42,302 bases of DNA from a virus (taxonomy: Duplodnaviria; Heunggongvirae; Uroviricota; Caudoviricetes): the IMG/VR virus record IMGVR_UViG_2713896905_000008; one strand, 5' to 3'. The position numbers were made by a program, and so were the translations under genes. Positions 1 through 8,996 of the stretch are shown here, piece after piece; within the stretch, counting starts at the first letter, position 1; each line of letters opens with the position of its first letter. Under the pieces are notes generated by a model that saw only the letters and a program-made list of their open reading frames with translations, was not told the origin of the DNA and ran no database searches.

Positions 1-759
1 TTAAATTCTGGTCCTTACAATATCAACCTGAAGATTCTTATCTTGTGCAGATTGATAAATGACAAATCTCTTATTTCCTGCATTAAAAGAAGTAGACAAA
101 ACCAGACAATTATCATAACGGGCAAGGACATAATACCAACCATCATTATAATTAATCATTTCATATTCTTTCTTAAACTGTGGTTTGTAATATCCTGTCA
201 GAAATGAAAAAAGCCAAAAGTATGCCACAAAAGAGACCATCACAATCTCAAAAAAATGTTTTTTTATAAATGGCTTATCATAAAAGCATGATACCGATAA
301 AAATCGCCCGTAAAATCTTATCGCAATTGTAACACCCAGTGCAATAGCAGCTGACAGTAGCAAAAGAGGTACCTGAATCTTCTGTCTCAATATAGAAAAC
401 TCAATAATAGCCGGTACAAACAATAATTCCACAGCAAAATAAAGGCGAAATACATTTAGCTCCTGCATAGAGTGTTTTCTTTTCACTGCGAAAAAAAATA
501 CAACGCCAACACCCCAGCCGATAAGAAATATAGCTATGACAATAACTGCAAAAAATAAACTTCTGGCAACATCATCAACACCAGCACCTACAATCCACCA
601 TGGAAAGCCGTAGTAAAAAGAAGTGCCCCAGCCATAGAAATAAGCACTCCCCCACCCAAGGCATCCCATGTAGGCAATAAAAAGTGAAGAACTCCTGAGC
701 AGCGCACCATCCTTCATAACCACCTCAAAACAAGATGATAACATTGATTTACAATTCAT
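1..759 (-). CDS. polytopic membrane protein of unknown function (accessory gene in prophage remnant)
   Basis: Complete 252-aa ORF with stop at 1-3. Translation is dominated by hydrophobic helices (FFAVIVIAIFLIGWGVGVVFFFAV, LLLLSAAIALGVTIAI, IVMVSFVAYFWLFSFL). A+T-rich by eye. No family recognised. Confidence 0.45.
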   Translation of the reverse strand: MNCKSMLSSCFEVVMKDGALLRSSSLFIAYMGCLGWGSAYFYGWGTSFYYGFPWWIVGAGVDDVARSLFFAVIVIAIFLIGWGVGVVFFFAVKRKHSMQELNVFRLYFAVELLFVPAIIEFSILRQKIQVPLLLLSAAIALGVTIAIRFYGRFLSVSCFYDKPFIKKHFFEIVMVSFVAYFWLFSFLTGYYKPQFKKEYEMINYNDGWYYVLARYDNCLVLSTSFNAGNKRFVIYQSAQDKNLQVDIVRTRI

Positions 760-1003
760 AACAAAAGCAATTCAATGCCGTCAAGAGGCTATAGGCTAAA
801 AAACTCTATTACATTGTAGTCAGCATGTTTACTGCACAAGTACAATTCAGAGCATAAAAAAAACCACTCGGCGGCGGGTTTATACATTTCTTATAACATA
901 TCAAATTTGCACAAAATACATGGCTTTCAATCCAGTTTTACAATATAAAACGTGCTTCATTACACCCCTGCATTCAGTAAATGTCTCAGACCTGTTTTTG
1001 ATG

Positions 1004-1246
1004 TCACTCCCACCAGTGATACCAGCTCCTGGTATTCATAGGTCTTACGTCCGCCAGTTCGTTCTTCACACCCTGTGCCGCCAGCCAGATTAACTTCTTC
1101 AGCCGCTCCAGTGTTTTACCTGCAATTTTTCGTGAGCCTGACAGAGCCTTAAACTCGCTCCATGTCCACTGCGTTATGGCAACCTGATGCTCCCAGCGAA
1201 CATTTTCACTGTAACTCCAAAAGAAGTTCTGCCATATAAGACTCAA
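1004..1246 (-). CDS. hypothetical protein (prophage remnant)
   Basis: 80-aa ORF downstream of rusA on the same strand. No motif recognised; may be a gene fragment. Confidence 0.2.
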   Translation of the reverse strand: MSLIWQNFFWSYSENVRWEHQVAITQWTWSEFKALSGSRKIAGKTLERLKKLIWLAAQGVKNELADVRPMNTRSWYHWWE

Positions 1247-1249
1247 ACA

Positions 1250-1675
1250 TCATTCATTCCCCAGTTCGGTGATGGTCAGTTCCAGCTTCCCATCTTTGGT
1301 AACAGGCATATTCACAACACGGTAATCAACGACCTGAGTATCATCCAGCCAGAAACCTGCTTTGGTGAGTGCATCAAAAGCGGCTTTTTGCAGATTATCC
1401 AGGTCACGGCGACGACGATCCGGCATATGGCACTCGATGCAGATTTTCACAGGAGTAACCAAACCCGATATCCAGCATTGAGTCTTTGATGATTCGGGCA
1501 ACGTTATCGCGGTATGCCTGCCCTTTTGCACTGATGTGCGTGCGCCCGCAATTATGCGATAGTAGCGATTATTGATCGACGGCCAGGGTAGTGTGATGTT
1601 GTAAGTATCCACACCTTGATTACCTCCTCTTTCAGCCAGATAACCAACTTTCTCGCCATACCTTCCTGTGCGCAC
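1250..1675 (-). CDS. rusA: RusA-family Holliday-junction resolvase, probably disrupted
   Basis: N-terminal [17 protein letters not shown] and C-terminal [38 protein letters not shown]...ELGNE match RusA as I recall it. The central ~31 codons match RusA only when read in another frame ([31 protein letters not shown]), implying two compensating frameshifts. True start is probably internal to the ORF-track span. Confidence 0.65.
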   Translation of the reverse strand: MRTGRYGEKVGYLAERGGNQGVDTYNITLPWPSINNRYYRIIAGARTSVQKGRHTAITLPESSKTQCWISGLVTPVKICIECHMPDRRRRDLDNLQKAAFDALTKAGFWLDDTQVVDYRVVNMPVTKDGKLELTITELGNE

Positions 1676-1857
1676 TCTTTTGCATACCCAGCGTCAACAA
1701 AGTGTGTGCGGTGATCGATGCTACATTTCACGTCTGAGTGCTGACTACTAACCAGTTCCACAATCTCAACACTGGTCATGGATGCCTTGTCGTTAAAAAT
1801 TTCTGTACTCACTCTTCCTCCTTTGGGATAAATTCTTTTGATAACGTGCGCATCCAC
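1552..1857 (-). CDS. YbcO-like (DUF1364-type) prophage protein, N-terminus atypical
   Basis: C-terminal [30 protein letters not shown] resembles the nin-region protein that precedes rusA in DLP12-type prophages. Overlaps rusA start as in that arrangement. Confidence 0.45.
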   Translation of the reverse strand: MDAHVIKRIYPKGGRVSTEIFNDKASMTSVEIVELVSSQHSDVKCSIDHRTHFVDAGYAKECAQEGMARKLVIWLKEEVIKVWILTTSHYPGRRSIIATIA

Positions 1858-1930
1858 ACCTATTGGTGCCGAACCCGTCTTAAGTTATCCTTATGATTTA
1901 TATAAATAAAATAATCAAAGAAGGTTCGAC

Positions 1931-2182
1931 ATGGATTTTGCAACAATTACAAGTAGTGTTGTGTTGAGTGCATGTGTCGCAGGCCTGGCTTCGCTGATTA
2001 ATAGTGCCTGGCAGCGCAAATCAGAACGAAAAATTGAAGTAGAGCATCGGGCTGCAGAAACTCGGGCAAAAATCAGAGAAATGGCTCTTACCCTTGCATT
2101 GAAGGAATGGGAATCTCACCAGGCCGTATCGAAAGCTAAAGGCGGGACGGTCAGCGGCCCGGAAGTTTACGTATTTCGATAA
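1931..2182 (+). CDS. small membrane-anchored protein, unknown function
   Basis: 83-aa ORF with an N-terminal hydrophobic helix (ITSSVVLSACVAGLASLINSAW) followed by a charged helical region. Preceded by AAAGAAGG SD-like sequence. Confidence 0.3.
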   Translation: MDFATITSSVVLSACVAGLASLINSAWQRKSERKIEVEHRAAETRAKIREMALTLALKEWESHQAVSKAKGGTVSGPEVYVFR

Positions 2183-2633
2183 CTTCGTATGCTCAACTCG
2201 ATAGATTCATGATTGAGAATCTCAGACAGACTCAATACGACGCGATGTGCGCAGTCGCAGTGATTCAGGCAGAGATCGAGCGATATCGTGAGAAAAATGG
2301 GCTACTAATGCCATAACCACAGTCAGCGCTTGTCATCTTTCCAAATTCTCATATCAGACTTGCGCCCGATAAACCGACGAAAACTATTTAAAACCCATCG
2401 AGTGAAATAATCTCTAAAACCAAAGAGATACCAGGTGAAAATATTCACGATAAAATGCCCGGTCAGAGCCCCCGATACCGCATGCAAGAACAGTAAAAAA
2501 ATCATATGTGTTCATAAATATCAGCCCTCATCGTTTTGCCTGGCATATCCTTTACCGGCAATCTTCTGTATGCGCTAAGCCTGGATACCACATCACACTT
2601 GATTTAGATCTGTCACGGCGAACTGCCGTTCAA

Positions 2634-3134
2634 GATAAATGCGGGATGCTACTTGCTCTTGTTACTGGACAACGTTTAGGCGATATCTGCAATTTGAAAT
2701 TCTCTGATATCTGGGACGACATGTTGCACATTACTCAGGAAAAAACCGGTTCAAAACTTGCTATTCCGCTTAACCTGAAATGCGATGCTCTGAATATTAC
2801 CCTTCGTGAAGTTATATCTCAGTGCAGGGATGCTGTTGTTAGTAAATATCTGGTCCATTACCGTCACACAACCTCTCAAGCAAACAGAGGGGACCAGGTT
2901 TCTGCAAATACTCTGACAACGGCTTTTAAAAAGGCCAGGGAAAAATGTGGCATAAAATGGGAGCAAGGAACTGCGCCCACATTTCATGAGCAGCGATCTC
3001 TGTCAGAACGGTTATATCGGGAACAGGGTCTGGATACGCAAAAGTTGTTAGGTCATAAATCCAGAAAAATGACCGACCGATACAATGATGATCGTGGTAA
3101 AGACTGGGTTATCGTAGATATGAAAACAGCATAG
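2634..3134 (+). pseudogene. 5'-truncated tyrosine integrase (paralogue of the int at 41175-42302)
   Basis: Translation LLALVTGQRLGDICNLKFSDIWDD...HEQRSLSERLYREQGLDTQKLLGHKS...DRYNDDRGKDW aligns with the C-terminal ~165 aa of the full integrase at the window end. The N-terminal two-thirds are absent; the upstream ORF sequence is unrelated. Confidence 0.8.
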
Positions 3135-3144
3135 AAAATAGCCA

Positions 3145-3180
3145 GTTTTGGGGAAGGGTTTTGGGGAAAGTTTTGGGGAA
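3145..3180. repeat. three tandem copies of GTTTTGGGGAA between the truncated integrase and the icd terminator
   Basis: cagTTTTGGGGAAGGGTTTTGGGGAAAGTTTTGGGGAAga read directly. Confidence 0.7.
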
Positions 3181-3190
3181 GATTTTACAT

Positions 3191-3224
3191 CATCATAAAA
3201 CAACGGGCGTGTTATACGCCCGTT
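3191..3224 (-). terminator. intrinsic terminator following the icd 3' end
   Basis: Perfect stem AACGGGCG/CGCCCGTT with loop, followed on the minus strand by GTTTTAT. Lies about 20 nt past the icd-like stop. Confidence 0.6.
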
Positions 3225-3240
3225 TCAATATTTAACACAT

Positions 3241-3414
3241 GTAGTGATTACATATTCTTGATGATCGCGTCACCAAACTCTGAACATTTCAGCAGCTTAG
3301 CGCCTTCCATCAGACGTTCGAAGTCATAGGTTACGGTCTTCGCATTGATTGCGCCTTCCATACCTTTAACAATCAGGTCTGCGGCTTCAGTCCAGCCCAT
3401 ATGGCGCAGCATTA
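3241..3414 (-). pseudogene. icd: duplicated 3' end of isocitrate dehydrogenase gene (icdC-like att-site duplication)
   Basis: Minus-strand translation [54 protein letters not shown] is the Icd C-terminus. Homology stops abruptly at about 3414, where A+T-rich phage DNA begins. Confidence 0.85.
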
Positions 3415-3471
3415 GTTAGATAACTAAATCGTAACTATTTGACATAGCAGCATAATTTTACTAATTTGCAT

Positions 3472-3506
3472 ATAACTCATTAGCTCTTAGCATTTCCATA
3501 ACTCAT
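3472..3506. repeat. two direct copies of ATAACTCATT next to the att junction (candidate integrase arm-type sites)
   Basis: cATAACTCATTag at 3472 and cATAACTCATTga at 3497, within 100 bp of the icd/phage boundary. Confidence 0.35.
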
Positions 3507-3645
3507 TGATTATCAACATGTGTTTTTGAGTTTTGATAACCATTTTTAGCATAAAAATAGCAGTTAACATTTGCAGAAGTTAAGATCAGAGAAAATTTTT
3601 ACCCTGTAGGGTATTACGTCTTAAATGTGACTTTAATAAACAATT

Positions 3646-4479
3646 TTATTTCTGTAATCGATTTATATTAACGTAAAGCATCTCGATTAGTTCTTTTGCA
3701 TTTTTACTATAGTGCAATTCTCTATGGCAATTCGGACAAAGGGCAACACAGTTATCTGTTGTATCAGCACCACCTGAAGACAGGGGAATTACATGATGCA
3801 CTTCCAAGTATGGGCTTCCATCATTTAAATAAAACGGAGCATTTTTACCACAGTTTTCACATATACCTTTACTTTGCTGTAAAATCCAAGCTTTTACCAT
3901 CGGATCTCGGACATAAACTTTTTGTAGTCTTTCTACCTCAACTGGTTTCCTGGAGCCCTCGGGCTGACTCAACGTTTTCTTAATTAATTTACTAACCCTC
4001 ATATTCAGAAGCGATTCATCATCTGTAGGCTGAGAAAGCTCTGATAGTTCTCCACGTATTATAGACACCCAAAAACTGTCACTATAAATACCTGGAACAT
4101 TTATCAATATTCGTTTCGTTCTATTGCCGGAAGGAATTTCCTTTCTCCCCGTACGACTAAAATAAGCCTGATAACCACACATCTTCAAGCGTATATCGCG
4201 GGGGCTATTACCAATCAAAGTAAAATATTCACCAGGATGGATTTTTCTTTCATCCAAAGAATGCATATGTTTTCTGACTGATGATGACGCCAGATATACT
4301 ACGACTTGGGATACACCAGAATCAACCAACCGTTCAATGATATAATCAAGAGCGATATTGTAATCTTTGTTTCTGTCACCCGGCCCCCACGACTCAAGGA
4401 TTAGACCATAAACACCATCCTCTTCACCTATCAAACACTCAGCTTTCAGTTCAATTCCATTATTATCAAAAACATGCAT
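3646..4479 (-). CDS. mcrA: McrA, type IV 5-methylcytosine-specific restriction endonuclease (HNH)
   Basis: 277-aa translation matches E. coli McrA essentially end to end as I recall it (MHVFDNNGIELKAEC...CENCGKNAPFYLNDG...HHVIPLSSGGADTTDNCVALCPNCHRELH). Same position as in e14, next to pin. Confidence 0.9.
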   Translation of the reverse strand: MHVFDNNGIELKAECLIGEEDGVYGLILESWGPGDRNKDYNIALDYIIERLVDSGVSQVVVYLASSSVRKHMHSLDERKIHPGEYFTLIGNSPRDIRLKMCGYQAYFSRTGRKEIPSGNRTKRILINVPGIYSDSFWVSIIRGELSELSQPTDDESLLNMRVSKLIKKTLSQPEGSRKPVEVERLQKVYVRDPMVKAWILQQSKGICENCGKNAPFYLNDGSPYLEVHHVIPLSSGGADTTDNCVALCPNCHRELHYSKNAKELIEMLYVNINRLQK

Positions 4480-4585
4480 AATATTAATCTTTAATCAATT
4501 TTTTACGACAATACTACTTTTATTGATAAAATTGCAACAAGTTGCTGTTGTTTTATTTTCTTTTGTACACAAAGTGACTTTAACT

Positions 4586-5147
4586 TTATTTATCCCCTGC
4601 AGGAAACATCTTATACAAAGTTGACACACCAACATCATAGATGATCGCCACCTTCTGGCGAGGAACTCCTGATGCAATTAATCGTCCGGCCTGTTCCCAT
4701 TGTTCTGGTGTAAGTTTGGGACGACGTCCACCAATTCGTCCCTGTGCGCGAGCAGCTTCCAGTCCAGCTTTTGTTCGTTCAACAATCAGTTCACGCTCCA
4801 TTTCAGCCAGGGCACCCATCACATGAAAAAAAAAAGCGCCCCATTGGGGTACTGGTATCAATTGAATCCGTCAGACTACGAAAGTTAATGCCTCGTTCGC
4901 GCAACTCCTCCACCAGCACGACAAGATGCCGCATACTGCGCCCCAGTCGGTCCAGTTTCCAGACCACCAGCGTGTCACCTGCCAATAATGTCCTGAGCAG
5001 TTTTTTCAGTCCTGGTCTGTCGGACTTAGTTCCACTGATTTTATCCTCAAAAATCCGCTCACATCCCGCGCAGTTCAGTGCATTACGTTGCAAATCGGTG
5101 TTCTGGTCATTTGTTGACACGCGTACATAGCCAATAAGCATGATCAT
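4586..5147 (-). pseudogene. pin: Pin/Gin/Hin-family serine DNA invertase, interrupted by a +1 frameshift
   Basis: N-terminal ORF 4803-5147 (MLIGYVRVSTNDQNTDLQRNAL...SIDTSTPMGRFFF) and C-terminal ORF 4586-4861 (FFFHVMGALAEMEREL...) are consecutive parts of Pin. The frames diverge in an A10 run at 4826-4835; with nine A's the reading is continuous. Confidence 0.85.
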
Positions 5148-5168
5148 CCCTCTGAATAAAAACCAGAG

Positions 5169-5702
5169 ATGATGCCAGTTAGCCGTTATTTCTGCATTTT
5201 CATAAACGTTGGTTTGGGAGAAGGTTCGGCATTACCCGTTGGAGTGCCTGTTCCGTGGCCTTCTGCCACTCCGCCAACAGGCTGGCTGAAATGCAACGGT
5301 GCGGCATTTTCTGCTGAAGAATACCCGGAACTGGCAAAGGCTTATCCGGCAAATAAATTACCTGATTTACGCGGTGAGTTTATTCGTGGCTGGGATGACG
5401 GGCGTGGAGCTGACAGTGGTCGGGGATTATTAAGCTTTCAAAAAGCCACTCTGGTTGAAAGTTTTGGTCTGGTCAGATCACCAACCACTGGCTCTTATCG
5501 TCTGGTTACCAGACCGACAGAAACTGTTTCTGATAATACGTCTAACTATATGACGACTGATTATGATTCCCGTGAAGGTTTATATTCCCCTGCAACAGCA
5601 TACCCCTCTATCGAATTGCCACCAACTGGAGCAGGCGCAGGGGCTGGTTTTAGGGTTCGACCAAGGAATATTGCATTTAACTATATTGTGAGGGCTGCAT
5701 AA
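5169..5702 (+). CDS. alternative tail-fibre C-terminal domain (S'v-like), not joined to the constant region in this orientation
   Basis: Reads in frame through the hix-like site (INVGLGEGSA versus [10 protein letters not shown] in the expressed fibre). Followed by a Tfa-type gene. Confidence 0.7.
   Translation: MMPVSRYFCIFINVGLGEGSALPVGVPVPWPSATPPTGWLKCNGAAFSAEEYPELAKAYPANKLPDLRGEFIRGWDDGRGADSGRGLLSFQKATLVESFGLVRSPTTGSYRLVTRPTETVSDNTSNYMTTDYDSREGLYSPATAYPSIELPPTGAGAGAGFRVRPRNIAFNYIVRAA
5197..5222. promoter_or_regulatory. left recombination site of invertible segment (hix/gix-like, inverted relative to 7057-7082)
   Basis: Reverse complement TTCTCCCAAACCAACGTTTATGAAAA shares the half-site TTCTCCCAAACCAA with the site at 7057-7082. 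Presumed crossover dinucleotide at 5209-5210. Confidence 0.7.
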
Positions 5703-6304
5703 TGGATAACGCCATATTAAATAGCGAGATTATCGCCACCAAAGCAGGGAATATTACAGTATATAACTATGATAGTGAAACCCGGGAATATATTTCCACT
5801 TCAAATGAATATCTTGCTGTGGGTGTCGGTATTCCTGCATGTTCCTGTTTAGATGCACCAGGCACATATAAGGCTGGTTATGCTATCTGCCGTTCGATGG
5901 ATTTAAACTCATGGGAATATGTGCCAGACCATCGCGGTGAAATCGTCTATAACACCGAAACGGGAGACGCCAAAGAAATCACAACTCCGGGTGATTACCC
6001 CGAAAAAACAACCACTATCGCCCCGTTAACGCCATACGATAAATGGGATGGTGAGAAATGGGTGACGGATACCGAGGCACAGCATAGCGCCGCAGTAGAC
6101 GCGGCAGAAGCACAACGTCAGTCACTGATTGATACTGCAATGGCTTCCATTAGTCTGATTCAACTGAAATTGCAGGCCGGACGGAAGTTGACGCAGGCAG
6201 AAACAACCCGACTTAACGCCGTGCTGGATTACATTGACGCGGTGACGGTAACAGATACCAGCACCGCGCCGGATGTCATCTGGCCTGAACTGCCGGAGGC
6301 GTAG
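5702..6304 (+). CDS. tail fibre assembly protein (alternative copy, U'-like)
   Basis: 200 aa. C-terminal region (LQAGRKLTQAETTRLNAVLDYIDAVTVTDTSTAPDVIWPELPEA) is typical of the Tfa family and parallels the ORF at 6276-6719. Confidence 0.8.
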   Translation: MDNAILNSEIIATKAGNITVYNYDSETREYISTSNEYLAVGVGIPACSCLDAPGTYKAGYAICRSMDLNSWEYVPDHRGEIVYNTETGDAKEITTPGDYPEKTTTIAPLTPYDKWDGEKWVTDTEAQHSAAVDAAEAQRQSLIDTAMASISLIQLKLQAGRKLTQAETTRLNAVLDYIDAVTVTDTSTAPDVIWPELPEA

Positions 6305-6719
6305 GCCATTCAATATCTGGAGCACTGGAAGTATCGACCAGTTCCAGTGCGTCCAGATAATCCAGCCACAAATTATATTGCGCCAGTTCCTCACCTTTCA
6401 GACGACCAATAGCGGCTTTACCGGGCCATTGCTTACTGTTCATGTGTTCGTTGGCCTGATTAAGCAATAATTTTCTTTCTGATTCTGCCTGTTGAATAAG
6501 TTCTTCATGTGATGGTTGAGGTATTTCAGCCCATGTGGGAAAACCATTTACCCCTGCAACTCGGATTTTCCCTTGTGGCGGTTCCGCTATATATTTTACA
6601 GAAATGTTATCAGGAATATCTAATGCATCAGCGGGCCATGTTCCATTTACTTCATAAGTATTTTTTAAATTAACAGCATAAAATGCATTTTCCGAAGGGG
6701 AATAAATATATTGATTCAT
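6276..6719 (-). CDS. tail fibre assembly protein (U-like, in expressed orientation)
   Basis: 147 aa. C-terminus AIGRLKGEELAQYNLWLDYLDALELVDTSSAPDIEWPTPP is Tfa-like. Directly follows the tail-fibre gene. Confidence 0.8.
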   Translation of the reverse strand: MNQYIYSPSENAFYAVNLKNTYEVNGTWPADALDIPDNISVKYIAEPPQGKIRVAGVNGFPTWAEIPQPSHEELIQQAESERKLLLNQANEHMNSKQWPGKAAIGRLKGEELAQYNLWLDYLDALELVDTSSAPDIEWPTPPAVQAR

Positions 6720-6720
6720 A

Positions 6721-7359
6721 TTATCTTCCTATTGCGATAATCATAGTTCCATACAAACCATTTCCGGTTGATACTTTTAAGGTTACTGATGTCCTTGTTG
6801 TCGTGTACCCCATAAGTTTAAAGGTCGGAGCAGCCGTTAATGTGCCATCAGACCATAAGGCACTAACAGCCAGTGCACCTGAAGGAAATGCAATAGGGAA
6901 ATTACCAGTAGTTCCGTTAGTGTCCGCCCCATAAACATTCATCGAAAACATTTGAACAATATGACCACTTGGTAACTGAAACCAGTTTTTGCCAGATGGA
7001 AATGCAGACATATCTGGTATCTGATTTTCTCCTGTTCCCACATTCCGTTTTGCCGCTTCTCCCAAACCAAGGTTTTCGAGAGCCGTTTTCACCGTGCCAT
7101 CCGATTTGATATCGCCAAACGGATTATTGCGGCTTAACAGCAGCGCGCGAAGTGCGGTAAGCAACTGATCGTGCCGCCCCTTCTCCAGGCTGGCACCGGA
7201 TGCCTCCACCACGCTGCAAAGCTCCTCCTGCAACATGTCAAAGTAGTCATCATCCAGATCGGTGGCAGGCGTGCCGGTCTGGGGGTTACCACGGGTAAAA
7301 CCGTTCTTACCCGCGCCGAACTTATCCTTCTGCGCGGTTTTCGTGTCTATACGATGCAT
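6721..7359 (-). CDS. tail fibre protein (constant N-terminus joined to currently expressed variable C-terminus; stfP-like)
   Basis: 212 aa. The hix-like site lies in frame at ALENLGLGE. Sits between the gp48-like gene and tfa, as in e14 and Mu S. Confidence 0.8.
   Translation of the reverse strand: MHRIDTKTAQKDKFGAGKNGFTRGNPQTGTPATDLDDDYFDMLQEELCSVVEASGASLEKGRHDQLLTALRALLLSRNNPFGDIKSDGTVKTALENLGLGEAAKRNVGTGENQIPDMSAFPSGKNWFQLPSGHIVQMFSMNVYGADTNGTTGNFPIAFPSGALAVSALWSDGTLTAAPTFKLMGYTTTRTSVTLKVSTGNGLYGTMIIAIGR
7057..7082. promoter_or_regulatory. right recombination site of invertible segment (hix/gix-like)
   Basis: TTCTCCCAAACCAAGGTTTTCGAGAG; imperfect dyad around a central AA, reminiscent of 26-bp hix/gix sites. 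Located inside the tail-fibre coding region. Confidence 0.7.
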
Positions 7360-7362
7360 GGA

Positions 7363-7947
7363 TTACTCCGGATATTTAAAAATTACGTAGGTATGCGACG
7401 GGCAGAGTTTGTTAAGCACACACTCGACAACGGTGTCACCCCAGATACGCAGTGCGGAATCACAGGGATCGCCACATGTCATCCAGGTGGTGTTGGCGGC
7501 GGCTGGCATGTTGACCTGCCAGTAATACCGCCATTCCGGCGCATTCACAGCGTCAGTACAGGCCGATGAGCAGGTGAACGTGCTTTTGTCGTATCGCGTG
7601 ATGGTGGCATCCGGTCTGCCCAGGGCAGCAAGCTGTGCAAGATAAAAATCCTCGTTGATGCCGCCCGCCAGGTTAACCTTCGCATCCAGCCGTTGCTGAC
7701 GCTGGCGAAGGGTCTGTGTCCCTGCGGGAATACATTCATCCGGCAGACCGCACAGACGCTCCCAGCGGTTTATCAGTTCATTGGTGGTGCGCGGATCCAG
7801 CTCCCGCATCAGGGCATCCGCACGCTGATGAACGCGGGTTAATGACGGTGCCGCACCGGCAATCGCCGGATCGCTGGCTGACCACGCCGGACCGGGGGGC
7901 AACAGTGCCGACAACAGACGGATGTAATCATCGTTTGTCACGTCCAT
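7363..7947 (-). CDS. Mu gp48-like tail protein (YmfQ-like, DUF2313-type)
   Basis: 194 aa, between the baseplate J-like gene and the tail fibre; this length and position match e14 ymfQ. Confidence 0.7.
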   Translation of the reverse strand: MDVTNDDYIRLLSALLPPGPAWSASDPAIAGAAPSLTRVHQRADALMRELDPRTTNELINRWERLCGLPDECIPAGTQTLRQRQQRLDAKVNLAGGINEDFYLAQLAALGRPDATITRYDKSTFTCSSACTDAVNAPEWRYYWQVNMPAAANTTWMTCGDPCDSALRIWGDTVVECVLNKLCPSHTYVIFKYPE

Positions 7948-8996
7948 GAAATCGTCCCCAGTACCGCCAGTTCATTTTTTGCAATGGAGATATTGTCTGC
8001 CGGTGCAAGCAACTGATGGCTGTATTCCCCGTTCGCACCGGAAATCGCCTCACTGATACGCGATACCTTCAGTTCTCCCTGCGGATAACCATCACGCAGC
8101 AGGAACGAACGCAACTCCGCGGTAATGGCAGCCCGTATTTCCGGTGTGTCCGGCGTCACACGGATATGAAAATCCACCGTATGTGCCACCGGCCTGAATA
8201 CATACAAATCAGAGCCTGCCACCGGGGCCAGTGGCCCGATATGTTGTCTTGCTGCCGTTTCCGTTGATTCTTCCGGAATGGGATTAATCAGGTCACTGCT
8301 GGCAATCATCACACCGACAGTTCCCGTTCCCATCCAGTGACGGTATGTCCATGCGCGGGTAATGCCGGGCACTTCTTTAGCCCAGACGACATAGTCCCCG
8401 TCAGCCCCGCCCTGAGGCGTCCAGTAATACCGCTCAATGACGCGGGCGCGCCACGTTTCCAGCTCTTCAGTATCAAATCCACCTGTCAGGGTATCTGCCA
8501 CGCCGGAAGACGGCAGACCATTAACCGGCGTGACCAGGATTAATGCCGTACCGTCGTCAGCGTTACCGACCGCGCCTGCACTTGAGCAGGCGATCGGCAC
8601 GCGCAGGACACCACCGGAGCTGGTTGCATCGGCAGTTGCCGTGTACTGAACCAGGTCATCGCGCTGAATAACACTCCCGGCGGTCACCTTCAGGCCATCG
8701 CTGACACCTTCCCAGCGCATATACCCGCTGGCAGCCGTGGCCCCCTTGCGCGGACACCGTTTCATCGCAGCATGTCGCGCCAGCCAGGACTCATCGCACA
8801 GGTCAGGCAGCATGTTCATTGCCAGATAATCGATGTATCCGTAAACCGTATGCAGCGCCGCCGCATACACCTTTGCCCGCACGTCTTCATCCATGCGCCG
8901 GAGCGTGTCGCTGACGTCCAGCCTGGCGAATAAATCGTTACGGAGCATACTGATATTTTCTGCCAGCGTCGGGCGCTGAAATTCACTGTCCGCCAT
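7938..8996 (-). CDS. baseplate J-like protein (Mu gp47-like)
   Basis: 352 aa; position in the Mu-like baseplate gene order. Confidence 0.75.
   Translation of the reverse strand: MADSEFQRPTLAENISMLRNDLFARLDVSDTLRRMDEDVRAKVYAAALHTVYGYIDYLAMNMLPDLCDESWLARHAAMKRCPRKGATAASGYMRWEGVSDGLKVTAGSVIQRDDLVQYTATADATSSGGVLRVPIACSSAGAVGNADDGTALILVTPVNGLPSSGVADTLTGGFDTEELETWRARVIERYYWTPQGGADGDYVVWAKEVPGITRAWTYRHWMGTGTVGVMIASSDLINPIPEESTETAARQHIGPLAPVAGSDLYVFRPVAHTVDFHIRVTPDTPEIRAAITAELRSFLLRDGYPQGELKVSRISEAISGANGEYSHQLLAPADNISIAKNELAVLGTISWT

Larger units (their letters stand above)
5210..7069. mobile_element. invertible DNA segment (Mu G-segment / e14 P-segment type) carrying alternative tail-fibre C-termini and assembly genes
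   Basis: Bounded by inverted hix-like sites. Contains a convergent pair of tail-fibre-assembly genes and two alternative fibre C-terminal coding regions. Adjacent to pin. Confidence 0.8.

Noticed and set aside
1004-1246. IS-element transposase fragment
   Set aside because: No DDE or HTH transposase motifs and no terminal inverted repeats could be identified; left as a hypothetical ORF.
3241-3414. tRNA gene as integration target
   Set aside because: The sequence translates cleanly as the isocitrate dehydrogenase C-terminus; no tRNA-like T-arm or acceptor structure was seen there or elsewhere in the window.
3696-3983. Plus-strand ORF within mcrA
   Set aside because: Antisense to a confidently identified gene, with a non-protein-like translation.
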